NCBI GenBank assembly: GCA_973895155.1
Contig: OZ316898.1
Span: 4,340,480 to 4,404,479, forward strand
Source: Marsupella aquatica
Lineage: Eukaryota; Plantae; Marchantiophyta
Reading direction: 5' to 3'
DNA length: 64,000 bases
Part shown: positions 39,301 to 52,578 of the stretch, piece by piece
Layout: every line of letters starts with the position of its first letter
Numbering within the stretch: the stretch's first letter is position 1
The notes under the pieces: generated by a model
Seen by the model: only the letters and a program-made list of their open reading frames with translations
Database searches by the model: none
What the model was told of the DNA's origin: nothing
Made by a program: the position numbers and the translations under genes

Positions 39301-42300
39301 CGCATAGGAGGGTCACAAAGTGGAACCTGCCGAGATGCCCTAAAACCCTCAGCCCTACGAAGGAGGGTGAAAGCCTGGGCCCGCTGAAGAGCCACAGACA
39401 CCGGCAGCCAAAAAAAGGCGGTGAGGACAGAAACAAGGGGGAAAGGCCTTCGCTCAATACAAAAAACTGCATAGGCCCGTAAGAGGCAATAAGGCAAACC
39501 TACAAGCGAGAAACCAGACAAAAATGAGCAGAGGCCAAAAAGTGGTGGACATATGTCCAGACGGGAGTGGGCCGGCCGCATGCGTGGCCACCAAACCAGG
39601 AGTAGGCCAGGGGGCGCGAGGTCACTCCCGGCGAGTGACCTCCCAACTGCGAGGCCCACACGCCAGCATTAATGCGGCCCGCCCTGCGGGAGGCCCTCCA
39701 AGAAAGGGGGGGCGCACACTCGTGCTCCCCCACACAAACCCTTGCTCCCTCTGCCTCCCAGGGAGACCTTACTTGTGTCACCCTCCGCAGCCCTCCGCTT
39801 GCTCGCGCGCCTCCAGTCCAGTCAAGAAGCCCAATTGTAGTTTCACTGAGAGGGTTGGAAACTTGTGTAGAGAGTAGTCATGACAATTGCCACCCACAAT
39901 TCAGATTCTCGTGGTGTTCGGATTGCCTTGTGGTTGATCCACTTGATCCTGTTGCAATGAGTTTCTCTAAGAATTGAATGAATATGGAAGGGCCACTTGC
40001 CCGTCTTGGAAAGGGACAAACTGTCAAGACTGATTTGACATGATCTAAAAATGGGAGGGTCCAGGTATTTGTAATGAGAGAAAACTGTCAAAAGTGATTT
40101 GATATGCCCTAATGGGATGGTCCCCTTATCTCAAGATTGCAACATTCCATCTCCATAAAATGGGATGAATGCATCCATAAGAGTTCTATATTAGATTGTG
40201 AAGTCATGCAGGGCATTGTGAGAGAAAGCTATCATGCCCACAATGCTCTGGCAACAAGACCTTCTAAAGGACTAAGAGACTTTTATATTTACTAATTTAA
40301 TTAAAGCTAGAGGAGAATCTTAGTAAGGAGATGGTACTCAAATCAAGAATCATTGACCGGGCATTCATCTCCACGAATGCCCGGAGACAAACACAGAAAA
40401 ATAAATCGGAAAGGACATTTACGTTGGAAAAGTCCGAATTAATTGCAGTTATCCAGGTTTTGCACTTATGAAGAGCCATCTTACTGTAGTCCCGTCATGA
40501 CTTGTTCAGCACCATCATCGCCGATGTCGTATTACGTGTCCACCTTCACATAATGGTTTCGCCATGGCCGATGCATGATACATCCATCAGCAACTCCCAT
40601 ACAGCCATACTGGACTGTAGTCACGACTCACGGGGAGAGACCCATTCTGCCCACACTTCCCTCACCTACGATACAGCCTATGGTCAACCGTCAACGAACG
40701 GCGGACACGCCAAGCAAGTTCGCGAACGGGAACCACCGCAGAACGTTCGCCCGCGACGGGCTCGGCGTGGCGCTCGAACGGACGGGAGAACTGACTGACG
40801 GGAGGACGGGAGCACGGGAGCACGGGAGGGCGGGCGCCAGGAGGAGTAACGGAGACTTCGGTTTGGCTGGCCGCACTTGGGTGGCGTCGAACCTTCGAGC
40901 GTGCCAAGCCAGGCCAGGCGAGGCCAAGCGAGGCCGGGAGAGGCCGGGAGAGGCCGGGCGCGAGGGAAGGAGGCGGACAAAAGGACGTGGAAGAGGTGCA
41001 GAGCCTAGTAGAGTCCTAGACTCCTCTTGCTCTTGTTGCTGTGATTGCTGTCGTCTCATCAGTGTCGTCTCATCAGACAGTTTCCTGTTTCTCAATTCGC
41101 ATCATTCATTCTTCTCGTGGTTGGTTTGCTGTTCATCAAGCTTAGTGGAAAGATCGAGTCAATCGTTTGGTCTCGTTGCGATCGCCGTATCAGCAGTCAG
41201 CAGCTGCCGAGCTAATTGGCCGGGTGAGACGAGGTGGGGTGAAGAGGCAGCAGAGTGAGGTGTGGGGCGGTGAGGAGAGAGGGTAGGTGCGGGAGCGGAG
41301 CGCAAGCAAGAAGTTGGAGGATTGCGTGGACACGGGGAAGGATTATCGTCGTCGTTGGAAGGAGGAGGAAGAATTAATTCGTCGCGCGGTTGGTACCGAC
41401 GTGCTCACTGAAGGTCTGGTTTCCTGTCTCTTGTCGCTAAGCTGTCTGCTGCTGTTGCGGCTTGTGTTGTTGATGTTGCTCGTTCATTTTCATTCGATTT
41501 TGAATTCCGTGGTTGTGAATGATTGGCTGTTCGTCGTGAATCGATCTTGGCGGTGTCGTGCTGGTTTGGTGTCGTATGGTGTGGTCCGGTGTGAGCTGTG
41601 GTAGGGTGTGGTGAGGTGCGTAGTGGATGATGGTGAGGGAATTATCATCCGGGGGTTCGCAAGGTTTTCACCGCAGCGAGATGATGACGAAGAGAGGTGT
41701 CCATATGAGTAGCAAGAACTGCTGCCCGCAGTTGTTAGTGCTTAATTTCGGAACAAGGAAGAGAGGTCAATTGGAGCCGTGTTCGTCTGTATTACTAGTG
41801 AAGAGAGCGGAGGGGAGAATTAGCTTCCGATTCGTGTGGTTAGGGGTCACTGGTTTACACTGGCGCGCGGATCCAGTCTCTTTTCGATCGACTCGGTTTG
41901 GTCAGTTCAGTTGATCTAAGGCATGCAGAGAGAGAGAGAACCCGAAATCGTCGTTTTCTTCGTAGGACTTCTGAGGACGAAACCGATAATTCAAGAAACA
42001 AATGCATTACGAGGTTCAGGAGAATCCGAGAAACGTCTGAGAACGGGGGAGATCCTTGACGAAATTTGGATTCTTAGCTGCCGGCTACTATTCGGCTAGT
42101 CGCCTGAATTTCCGAGTGCAGACTATTTCTTATTGGAGGGACGAACAGGCGGAGATTTTTCTTCGAAGTCAGATAAGCGCAGTCATTACTACTCTCAGCC
42201 ATACACTGGCTTAAGAGGAAATTCGTGACACATCTCGTCGCAGTCTCACAGCGAGTGACAATTTAGTACACGGTCAAACAGTAGCCCTTGAAGTGAAACA

Positions 42301-42710
42301 GATCGACTCCTCCGGGGAATATTGAATCATGGCCTGCAGCCTCGCCAGACAGGCGAGATGAAGATATGTTGTCACATATCTTTTTCTCAGAGCCGGGAGA
42401 GAGCTTGTGAATGAATGAGAGGGGATCGCGCCGAGCCAGATGTGTCGAATTGAAAACCGAACAGCACAACGAGATTTGAGGAAAGCTAGATGTCTGTAGC
42501 ATTCATGCGCGAATTGTTGCTGTGAGGGAAATTAAAGTAGCTTCCCAAGGGCGTACAAGAGTCAGTGAGAGAGAGAGAATGGATTTGGGAATTCTTCTGA
42601 GGCGTGAGGTCCTGTTGGAGACGGCCGTGGGATGGTGGGGGAGAGTGGGAGTATTGGTCGCCAGTGGGCTGCAATCTGCAGGAGACTCGTTTAATGACCC
42701 CAACGCCGAA

Positions 42711-45446
42711 ATGGATGCGTGGCACAATTTCGCAGAGGACATGACGAAGACGAAGAAGCTGATTCGGATTGACATCACGTCCGATACCGTGTGCCCGTGG
42801 TGCTTCATTGGCAAGAAATATTTGGAGAAGGCGATGGAACAAGTTAAGGATCAGTACGACTTTGAGGTATGGGCGTTTAATCCATCGACCTTCTTTGATT
42901 TTCCTCCGTATGTACACGTCCTCGTTCGGGTTACATACGTCTTGCTTAGTCATAAACGGGCAGACCTTATGTCAGTGTGAGTTTTTACCACTCTCTTGAG
43001 TTAGATTTCTGGTGCAAAGAATGAAGGCCAGTGGTCAGGCAAATGTGAGGTCTCCACCATTCGTTTGGGAGGACTAAAATGGGAAAGGTCAAGTCAACGT
43101 TAGTTCTCTACCATTATAGTGGGTGTGATCTGTCCTGTTGAGGAGCGACAGGCGAATGGTAAGGTCGATGTTAGTTCACCAGCATTCCCTTGGGGTAGGT
43201 TTTCCCTGCAGAGTGGTAGGGTTCTGAGCAATTCTCCAGCATTCTCATGGGTTTCGCAGCTGGTGAGATGCTGCAACTACAGTAGAGCAGACGTTAGCAT
43301 AGCGCGATGGCCCCTTTCTGATACTTGGTGCCCGTGGTTTTGGGTGGATGGGCTCGTTGCAGGTCAAATGGCATCCTTTCTTCTTGAATCCCAATGCCCC
43401 CAAGGAGGGCGTGCCGAAGATGGATTTCTACAAGAAGAAGTTTGGCGATGCGCGGATTGCACCAATCTTGGATCGTGTATGTAAGGTGTGTGCATCTACA
43501 GAGTAACAATGTAACGTGACCGAACCCAAATTCTGTGTATTGGTTGTTGACGCACTATTCAGTGAAGATTACGTGCACATTTCTTTCAACTGGCATGGAG
43601 TAGCTTACTTTGTCCTGTGATTGGGGTTGCCATAGGTGTTCGCTGATTTGGGACTCAAGTTTTCTGCCGGCGGGAAAATGTGAGATGCCAACCCGTTTTG
43701 CCGTCAACTACTTGTCCATTAAGTTTTGGATTACAAATTAGAGACTTCTTTCATGGAAATGGTTGGTGAAGCTCTAGATCGAGCTCTTTCGCATGTACCG
43801 GCAAGCGATCTGAAATTGGAAGTGGATGCTTTTGACATTTGGGCTGCCATTTAGATCTTTCCTGTTCTGGTATTGTGACAATTCATACGACGCGGGTAAG
43901 AGCCCTCTGTTACTGTCTACATGATTCATAGCTTGGCAACAATCCAAGGCAACTCATCATTGGAAGAGGATAGGTAGCAATCACCCTGGCCCCTACCATT
44001 GACTTTAATTTACATTGATTTCTCGGTAATTGCAGCGGGAATACTCTTGATAGCCACAGGCTGATGGAGTTGGCAGGTCGTCAAGGGCTAGACGTGCAAA
44101 ACAAGTTGGTTGAAGAGCTCTTTCTCGATTACTTCACGCACGAGAAATATATTGGTGACAAGTAAGTTGCCCTGCAATGCTCTATTTGTTTTTCATTATG
44201 GTTTGCTGCTGAATAGCTCGGTTTGCCAGCAGTTGTGTGCATTGGATCATTCCTGTCCAGGATATGCTGTCAGCCAAAGCAATCCAAGCCCGTCCATTTG
44301 TCTGGAATCTGTTACCTGCAGATGATGATGATGGATTGCAAACAGTTGGAAGTCTTACAGATGACGAATTTATTCGCTCTTGTGTTTGCAAAGAATTAGT
44401 CGAAGGACATCTTCTTGATGATATCATGTTTGATAAATTAGAGACGATCCACGCCACTTCCTATACGAGAGCCGGCTCTGCAGTGGGGATCGGTATTTCT
44501 GTGTAGTACTCAAGGAACTTTAGCTCGAGTTAAATTGGGAGTGTCAAGGATTTCCTTAACCGGTGTCCGTCGAGTTATCGGAGAGGATTCATCTGTCCCT
44601 TTCTTCTCTTAAAAGTAGGTACACTGTTCGGGGGGATTGAAGAATCCTTGTTTGGGGGCATAATGATTTTGTTAGCAGAGTTTCGAATGTTCATCTCCTG
44701 GTGTGATTTCTCGGTGAGCAGGCCTGGACGTCCCTAAATTGACCCATCCATCTAATAAAGTAAACCTTCTTCTCCAGATTGAAAGTCACAGCGAGGTCCT
44801 AGCTTCAGCATTCTAACGTGTGTAGAATTGTTGAATTTTCAGGACGGTGCTTGTTGCCGCTGCCGAGAAGGCGGGCGTGACGGGTGCGAAGGACTTTCTC
44901 GATGATCCGAACGCAGGCTTGAAAGAGGTATGGTGCTTGCTTATGGTGTGACTTTAGATGGCCATAACTCGGCCTGACGTGGAGTGTTTGTAGATTTTGA
45001 GGGTCGAGTGTTACCATCCCCTTGCCAAGGGCAATCTTGTCGCTGAGGTTGTGTGACTTGACGACATTCTCAGTCCAGGGGTTTCTGAATCCCGGTCGGG
45101 TATCTGCAGGTTCAAGATGAGATTAAGACGCACGCTCGGGGAGTAACAGGGGTACCAAACTTCATGGTGAGCGAGAACCTCATATTCTTTTTGTTTGTTT
45201 TTTGCAGTCGTATAAAAGACATTAGCTTGATTTGCGTTCAATACCGCAAAAACAATAAAGTGACGGCGTTTCGCTCATGTCTGAGAGCTTTCGTGCAGAA
45301 GTGTAATTGATTGTCACCTGCACTAATCGCAGATAAACGGCCATTATCAACTTTCCGGAGCTCAACCTCCAGAGCAATTTCTTGAAGCTTTCGATGTTGC
45401 TGTAAAACAAAGCGAGCCTGAATATGACGATTTCGAGCTTCCTTAG
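42711..45446 (+). CDS. DsbA/FrnE-like thioredoxin-superfamily oxidoreductase (CPWC), 7 exons
   Basis: Exons 42711-42866 (alternative ATG 42741), 43363-43485, 43636-43679, 44036-44161, 44843-44927, 45110-45166, 45333-45446; all GT-AG and phase-consistent. IDITSDTVCPWCFIGK, WHPFFLNP, GNTLDSHRL, LVEELFLDYF and GVTGVPNFMINGHYQLSGAQPPEQF are DSBA/FrnE motifs, similar to Arabidopsis At5g38900 as I recall it. Confidence 0.95.
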
Positions 45447-46708
45447 TTTCTTTTGTCTGGTGAGTTGACTACAACTGTATTGGGGAGGTCTTCCCAGGCC
45501 AGTCTCTTCGGATGTCCATTTGGAATTTGGCTCTGACTGAATCTGACCATTTGACAGGATTTTTGTGTACTTGCAGGCCCCCTAGCATAATGGAAGGGAT
45601 TGTAGATAATCATAGAATTTAACCATGACGGTTTTGTACAGTTAGATAAGGGGGAATTTATACTGGAGAGCTTTCCATCACGACAAGCTGAAGAGGCGGA
45701 TTTGAGGGAAAAGTGGGTACACGCGCTGCAAAGGACGAGCTTGTGGATGCAGACGTTGACCAAGGATGCAAAGATGCATTATGAGGACTTTCAAATTTTG
45801 AGAAGTAGAATTGGACACATTGGTTTCAGCGTCTTTAAACTTGGCTGGGAAGACTCATGAGCTGTAGGACTTCAGGTGGCATTTATGGTTTATTCTCAGT
45901 TCGTACGGTCACATGTCTGTGACGTGCTTTAGATAGACCTGGTAGACCACTATCTGCCTAACATTGGAACGAGAAAGCTTTCAGCCGTGAAAATTCTCAT
46001 GGGCTGCCCAACTCCACTGTCCAGCTTCGTTAAGAATCGAGTGTACAGTGTTTATTTACCCAATTTAGTAAGCATTCTGTATAATATTCGTTCCTATTGC
46101 ATTGTCCACTCCCCAGTATGTGCGTTGGACATTTCCAGTCTTCCAATGGAAAATGTGGACTCTGAAAGTGGGGTTTTTCTCACTTTGCAATTTTACAGTT
46201 TAGAGAAAGTATCAGCGGGTTTGTCATATCTTTCAGGAGCATGAGTGTCAGTTAAAAGATCATATATCCTTCACTACGTACATTTTTGTTGTGTAAGGTA
46301 AAGCCCTCGGTGGAATCCGAGGGTCTTTGAGCTGGGGTTTACCTCACACCAAAGAAGAACAGCCTACAGAGAAGGCAGCCCGTGGGAAGGAGGCGACATG
46401 AGAGGTCATGATCAGTGTCCTGTAAGAGCAGGCCTGGGGCACAGGAACAGCTAACCGAGAGGGTGGACCAGCAGTAGTAGGAAATTCGCACTTCTGTTGT
46501 ATGAATCGATCTCTTTTCTCGGTGGTCTTGGAGGGGCAGGTGACACGAAAAGCTTGTGTTCGTGGATACTCCAGTGTTCTTTACACGTACCCGAGTCGAA
46601 TGCTATAATTACGAGACCAAAATAAAAGATTGAGCTTGATAGTATGCATGACAAATGGTATTGATCTTATACCTTCAGTTTTATCGATCTTACACATACA
46701 AAATCGAC

Positions 46709-46825
46709 TGCAGCGACCAATGAACTGGGAATAAAATTATATGATTTTTCATGCAGCGACCAATATACTGGGAATAAAATTATATGATTTGTCATGCGGC
46801 GACCAATGTACTGGGAGTGAAATTA
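46709..46825. repeat. Three ~43-bp tandem units
   Basis: TGC(A/G)GCGACCAAT..ACTGGGA.T.AAATTA x3. Confidence 0.85.
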
Positions 46826-46837
46826 AGAGTAGGAACT

Positions 46838-46925
46838 AGGAAAGCATTCACAAGTAATAACAAGGCTTTCCTAATTACTTGTGAATATCCTGCATTGCAC
46901 CATTATTATTTGTGAATGCTTTCCT
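46838..46925. repeat. 88-nt stem-loop with 23-bp stem
   Basis: AGGAAAGCATTCACAAGTAATAA (46838-46860) pairs with TTATTATTTGTGAATGCTTTCCT (46903-46925), with one G-T. Confidence 0.88.
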
Positions 46926-47166
46926 TCACCTTCGTGTGCCCCTAATAGCAGAGGCAGCGAATGTCTGATGCTGAATTTTAGATCCATCAGCCGGCCCATA
47001 TTAGCGGTGGATATAGTAGATAGTGTTGCTAGCGGAAGATAAACTCACCACTATGCTCCAAGCCATGAACTTCTAATCTCATATGAGATCTACATCCAAA
47101 CCTTTGAGGGATCCCAACATGCTCCTTGTTTGGAAGTAATCCTTCCTTCCTCTAATTAAAATCATG

Positions 47167-47728
47167 TCACATGAAAACAAGGTTTGGCATTGGAGAGAAA
47201 TGGTGGACGAAGCAGATTGGAGCAGGTGGGGAAGGTGTTTTGAGGCTTTGGTCAACTGGAAAGATTGTTTAGTCTGCAGGATGACCTGATAGTGTTGACC
47301 TCTGATCCATCGTGGTTTTATGATCTACCTTGATCTGTTGAATGGTCATACGCTCTTGCTCCTTCTCGTTTTGCTGTGAGCGGAGTTTGTAGTTAGTTAT
47401 TAGTTGGTGGTCTTGGCAAATGGATTATCCTCATGTGGATTTTCATCTGAGCTCCGTAGTTCAGATCTTGGTCTTTTGGCTCGATCTCTTCCTGTGCATT
47501 GGTTGAGTTGGCCCTCGGATTTGCTGGTCTCTTTTTAGAGTGTCTTTGGTGTGTAATGGCTGGTTACATTTCACTGTTACTTCCTTTGCCTTTCCCTCGT
47601 GGCTGAATGTGTTCGGTCTATGAGTGGTTGTTGGTCCTCGACCTTGTTTTGGTCTGGCCTTTTACTCCCGGTTTTATTGGGAATTTACATTTCTTATGAG
47701 TAAAATGTTCCTTTCAAGAAAAATATAA
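47167..47728 (+). mobile_element. 5'-truncated LINE-like insertion
   Basis: Flanking direct repeat TAAAATCATG (47157-47166 and 47729-47738), GT-rich body, A-rich tail after TTCCTTTC. Confidence 0.6.
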
Positions 47729-48629
47729 TAAAATCATGCCATTCTAATTGTCACAGATTCCATGGAATCATATAACACTAGCTCAATATCTGGGCAGTGC
47801 ACAAAATACTTCATTGTGTAAAAGATGTTGTGCAAAAGGTGTTGCTGTGCAGAAGATGTCATTGCCTAAAAGACTTCAGTGTGCAAAAAATGCCATTCCA
47901 AAAAACAAATGTGGTTATATGTAAAAGATGTCAAGGAGGAAGTCATTGAGGTAAATAAATGTTGTTGAGGCAAGGTGAAATTTTGAGCTCTATGTCCATA
48001 CGTGACTATGTTGAGCTTTTGGTATGTTGTGGTTCTGAAAGTCAATTGTCATTTTAACTGGGTTGTCATTAATGCAACTGTTTGATTGCTGTAGAAGTGT
48101 TGTAATTTCAATCGTATCATTTGTGTAGTCATTTCAATCATATCATTTGTGTAGTCATGTTATGATTGCAGATCAAAAAGTGTTATTTGGGTGCTTGGTT
48201 TTTGGTTGGAACAACAATGCTGTGATTTTATTAGATGTTGTTAGTACAAAAGTGATGTTGTGGGAAGGACAAGCAAATGGAGGGCGGGGGGAGGCAGACA
48301 TGTAAGGAAGTCCTGGGCATTGTGGGGCCCAGGGGGTGGGGCTTACAAGATGTGATATGGAGGAGAACATTTTACTTTTGTTGACCTCCATAATCTGCCC
48401 CCCCTTTTGCTTTGTTTCAACACCATTAAAAGAGAAAAAACCTGGAAAGAAAAGACGAATCAACCTCCAAAAAAAATGAAATTCAGTTCTCAAGAGTATA
48501 ATCCAGAAACTTGCTCATGTAATTTTACCCCGAATTTTACTTCCCCTTGATTGCTTGCTTCCTGCCAAAATACTTTATCCTAAGTCAGCCTATCTATTTA
48601 TATATAGCTAGCCCAATGCCTGTGCGTTG

Positions 48630-49390
48630 CACAAAAGATGTCGAGGTGACAAAAGATATTGAGGAGATATCAAATGATGTCAAAGTGAACAAAAGATGTT
48701 GAGGTGACAAAAGATGTCGAGGAGAGAAAAGTTGTCAAGGTGAGCAAAAGATGCCGAGGTGACAAACGATGTCGAGGAGAGAAAAGTTGTCAAGGTGAAC
48801 AAAAGATGTCGAGGTGATAAAAGATGTCGAGGAGAGAAAAGTTGTCAAGGTGAGCAAAAGATGTTGAGGTGATAAAAGATGTCGAGGAGAGAAAAGTTGT
48901 CAAGGTGAGCAAAATATGTCAAGGTGATAAAAGATGTTGAGGAGAGAAAACGATGTCAAGGTGAGCAAAAGACGTCCAAGTGATAAAAGATGTCAAAGAG
49001 AGAAAACAATTGTCAAGATGAGCAAAATATATCAAGGTGATAAAAAATGTCAGGGAGTTAAAAGATGTCCAGGTGAGCAAACAATGTCCAGGTGATCAAT
49101 AAAAAAGATTGAGTTCGAGAGAAAAGCTTTCAAGGTGAGCAAAATATGTCAAGGTAAGCAAAAGATGTTGAGGAGAAAAAGATGCCAAGGTGAGCAAAAA
49201 TATTGAGGTGATAAAAGATGTCGGGAGAGAAAAGATGTCAATCGAGGTCAGAAAATATGCCAAAGAGAGAAACAGATGTTGAGATGAGAAAAAGAATTTT
49301 GAGAGAGAAAAAAAATTGAGGTAAAAAAATTGAGGAGAGAAAAAAAACTGAGGAGATAACCCAGGAGAGAAAAGATGTTGACATGAGCGG
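48630..49390. repeat. 19-20-bp minisatellite with ~58-bp trimeric higher-order repeat
   Basis: GAGGTGA(C/T)AAAAGATGTC / GAGGAGAGAAAAGTTGTC / AAGGTGAGCAAAAGATG triplets repeated at ~48700-48970. Confidence 0.92.
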
Positions 49391-50382
49391 AGGAGATAAA
49401 AACATTTTGAGATAAGCAAAAAATGTTAAGCGAGGCAAAGATGTCAAGGCAAAAGAAGACAAAAAGTGAGGCAAGTTTAAATGTACGTTGCATTGAGACA
49501 AAGATTTGGGGTGATGTGAACATTTTGAGTCGAGGCAAAGAAATGCAAAAAGATGCAAATGAGCCAAAGAAATGTAGCTAATACAAATTAATGCAACCAA
49601 GACAAGAAAGTTTTTTAGACATCTCATATGTTGTTGAATTGCGACCATGTCGTCGTTATGACGATGCAATCACTCTGGTCTTGTGGCCATGTTGTTGCCA
49701 AGCCCGATGCTAAAACATTGCATAGATACATCGAGGTAAGATAAAGAACTGTTAAATGATTGAAAGCTGGGGTTTTTAGGTGGATCAAACTGAAAATATT
49801 GGCTTTTCCATAATTCTTTCTTGCCCATGATTTCATGTGAGAAGCGTTGTCAATGCAAAGATCTTGTTAAAAATAACACATGAAATTATGTAATCAAATA
49901 ATATAATTCAAGTCAACACAAAAATATAGGTTAAAGCACAAATGGTTGATGAGAGTACATGGGCAAGAGTTGGGCAAAAATTCTTTATTGTTAATGATAC
50001 AAAAGATGAAACAAAAGAATGGACAAAAGATGCAAATATATGAGGGCAAAGAGCTGGCCTCCCAACTGGGGAAAGAAATAGGGCAAAAGAGAGACTAATA
50101 GAGATGGTGCCAATGTAAGAAAAAAGGGCAATTAAAGAGAAAATAAACAGAAAAAATGTTCAATTAAAGAGAAGAAAGAAAGGAGCAAAATTAACCCATA
50201 TCCCTTTCTTCTAGAGTCTCGTAGGCTATGCAAAAATACAAAAAATTATCATGCCCCAAAAGATTCTTCCCTTCTTGTGTACTTTCATATTTGAAAAAAA
50301 AACACATTTAAGATGATCAGATGATGTCACATAGGTATCATTTCATATACTTTGTATTTTACTATTAAAATAAATATATTAT

Positions 50383-51826
50383 TTACGGACCCCCATGAGA
50401 AGTCTCTTGCAAATTCTCTGCCACGAGGTTGCGCCACATCATCACAACCAGCCACAAACAGGAATGATCCTACTTTTAACAATGACAAACATGCACATTC
50501 CTATTTGTGGCAAAAGTAATGTAATTTTTGGGGCGCCATGCCGTAAATATTAAATGTAAAAAAACCAAAATACAAAGGAAGAGATGTCATTTAGTAAAAT
50601 AAAGTTACCATTATGATGTTTGTCAAAAATGTATAAGTGTTTTATATCAAAATGCTTGTATTTTTTAATTGTTTGCAAGTTTGAAAAAACCAATTGATAG
50701 AAATGTACATAGTTAAAACCCCTTTGGCTTCACATTGTAAAACTAAATTATCAATCTCCTTAATACTTGATAAAATCTGTCAATGTTTGATTCATTGGAA
50801 AACTCAAGATCAAGATTTAGAAACATACTTAGACCTCTCATTGGAAAGCTAGAGTAAAATAAAAAAAGTCATCATCTCCTTAGTACTTGACAAAATCTAT
50901 CAATGTTAGGTTCATTGGAAAGCTAGAGAATTTCAGATACTCATGATCTCTCTAATTCTTGACAAATAGTCTCAATGTCACACATTAGAAAGTTGAAGAG
51001 ATTGAAAACCTCATGATCTCTCTAGTATCGTGACAAAATCTGACAATGTCGAACTCAATGTTGGAAAGCGAAAAGAATTCATGAACTCATGATCAGAATT
51101 TCTTATACTCACACTCATTGAAAAGGCAAAGAAATTCAAAAACTCATTTAGAACTTTACAAAATTTGTCAATCTGAGGCTCATTGGAAACCCTTTCTCGA
51201 TTAAGAGATATCACAATCTCGTCATTGTCAAAAACTTAGCCGTTGCAAATTGATTTCTTTGATCACATCGTCATCGCTTGTCCACAATGCTTGCTTCCTG
51301 ACTTGAATTGTTTGCATCCCTCTAGTCTTCAACTGAAGCTCACTGTGAAGACAGGTTGACGCCAAATGCAACCTCTATGTCAAAGAAACAATTGTTGGTC
51401 TCCCCCTCACACCATAGTTTTCTTAAATAAAAAAAAACTACAAATCCTTCGTGTGAAGTGATGGCTCGTTCATTTTATGTGTTCTTCCCACCGAATCAAC
51501 AAGCGCTCTTTGCCAACAGCTGAGTGTTGTCCTCCAGTCTGTCTTGTGGCGGTAATGTTCAATGTAACTCACAAATTATCAATCAAGAATGGTAAAAACA
51601 CAATTTCTCCAATAATGTGTAAACAAAAACCGTCAAAAAACTTAATTCCTCCACATTCAACCTTTTGTTTGATAAATCTCCTCTATCTTTTGAGCGTTTC
51701 TTTTATACAAGTACACACCAACACCATTGGGAGACTCAAAACTGTCAATCACTGCCTTGCTGAAAATTGATTTCACTTCATCATGCACACATTCCTTGGA
51801 TGAACATGGGGGTCCACAGATTAATT
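50383..51826 (-). mobile_element. Family A-related element (longer, divergent) nested in the Helitron
   Basis: Starts TTACGGACCCCC and ends GGGGGTCCACAGATTAATT (reverse complements of the family A ends). Removing it restores colinearity with the intact Helitron at ~20390-20440. Confidence 0.8.
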
Positions 51827-52578
51827 CACATACCTGGTCAATCAATCAAAAGCACAAAAAAATCAAAAGCACAAAAGAATATTTGAAAAAATCTGACGGT
51901 TGAGGTTTCTTCCCTCCATTTCTGAATTTGTAAACAGACCGAAGAGCTTTTTGGTGGCATTGCATATTATAGAAGTTGATAAATATAAAAATACAAGTAC
52001 TCGAAACCGGGAGACAGGATCCATTTCAAAATTTACATAAAATAGCTTATTTCCACTTTAATGCTCCATGCAAAGCTATAAAATAGCTACCGTAGCACAG
52101 TCATGTGCTTTACCACATATTATACCTTGTACTCTACAAAAGAAAGTCTCTTGGGTACCCATTTAATGCAATCCAAAAGTCTGAAATAACTCTGGACAAC
52201 ATCTGACGGCGGAGCATTGTTTGCTGTCATATGTCGGCTGTCAATGTTTCCTCCTTGTTTGAGTTTTGTAAACAGCCGATGGATGGATTTGGCGGGATCC
52301 CTTACTAGTGGTAGATTTTGTCAAACATGGTGGGTCCATCGATGCTTGTTTTTCCAAAAATATGTAGGTGATGTCCTTCAGTCGATGATCCTGGTCGACA
52401 TGCAGCTGCAGTTAGAACCTCATCATATATTGCATGCAGAGGCGGGCATGCTCATTTGGCACCAGGCTCAATTTTGCTATTGTGAGCAGAAGATTGTTGC
52501 AAAAACTTCGGTGTGAGGGGTAGCGGTTGGAAGAGTGGGCACTTACCCTATCTTCGAATGAAAAACGAATGATTCAAA

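Larger units (their letters stand above)
48608..51979 (-). mobile_element. Non-autonomous Helitron (same family as 20269-22584), interrupted by a family A element
   Basis: Minus strand: A|TCAACTTCTATAATA 5' end, colinear similarity to 20269-21660, 3' end GTGCAACGCACAGGCATTGGGCTAG. Confidence 0.85.

Noticed and set aside
36650-39850. Coding-like composition and GC-rich A-run tract suggesting a decayed TE
   Set aside because: No recognisable domain, termini or TSD could be established by eye.
40502-41914. Long ORFs (up to 227 aa) upstream of the DsbA-like gene, and similar ones at 26134-27612
   Set aside because: Low-complexity GC-rich promoter/leader sequence with few stops in any frame; no protein-like motifs.
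44237-44506. 89-codon ORF inside DsbA-like intron 4
   Set aside because: Its frame is not compatible with the upstream exon phase at the obvious acceptor, and no homology was recognised.
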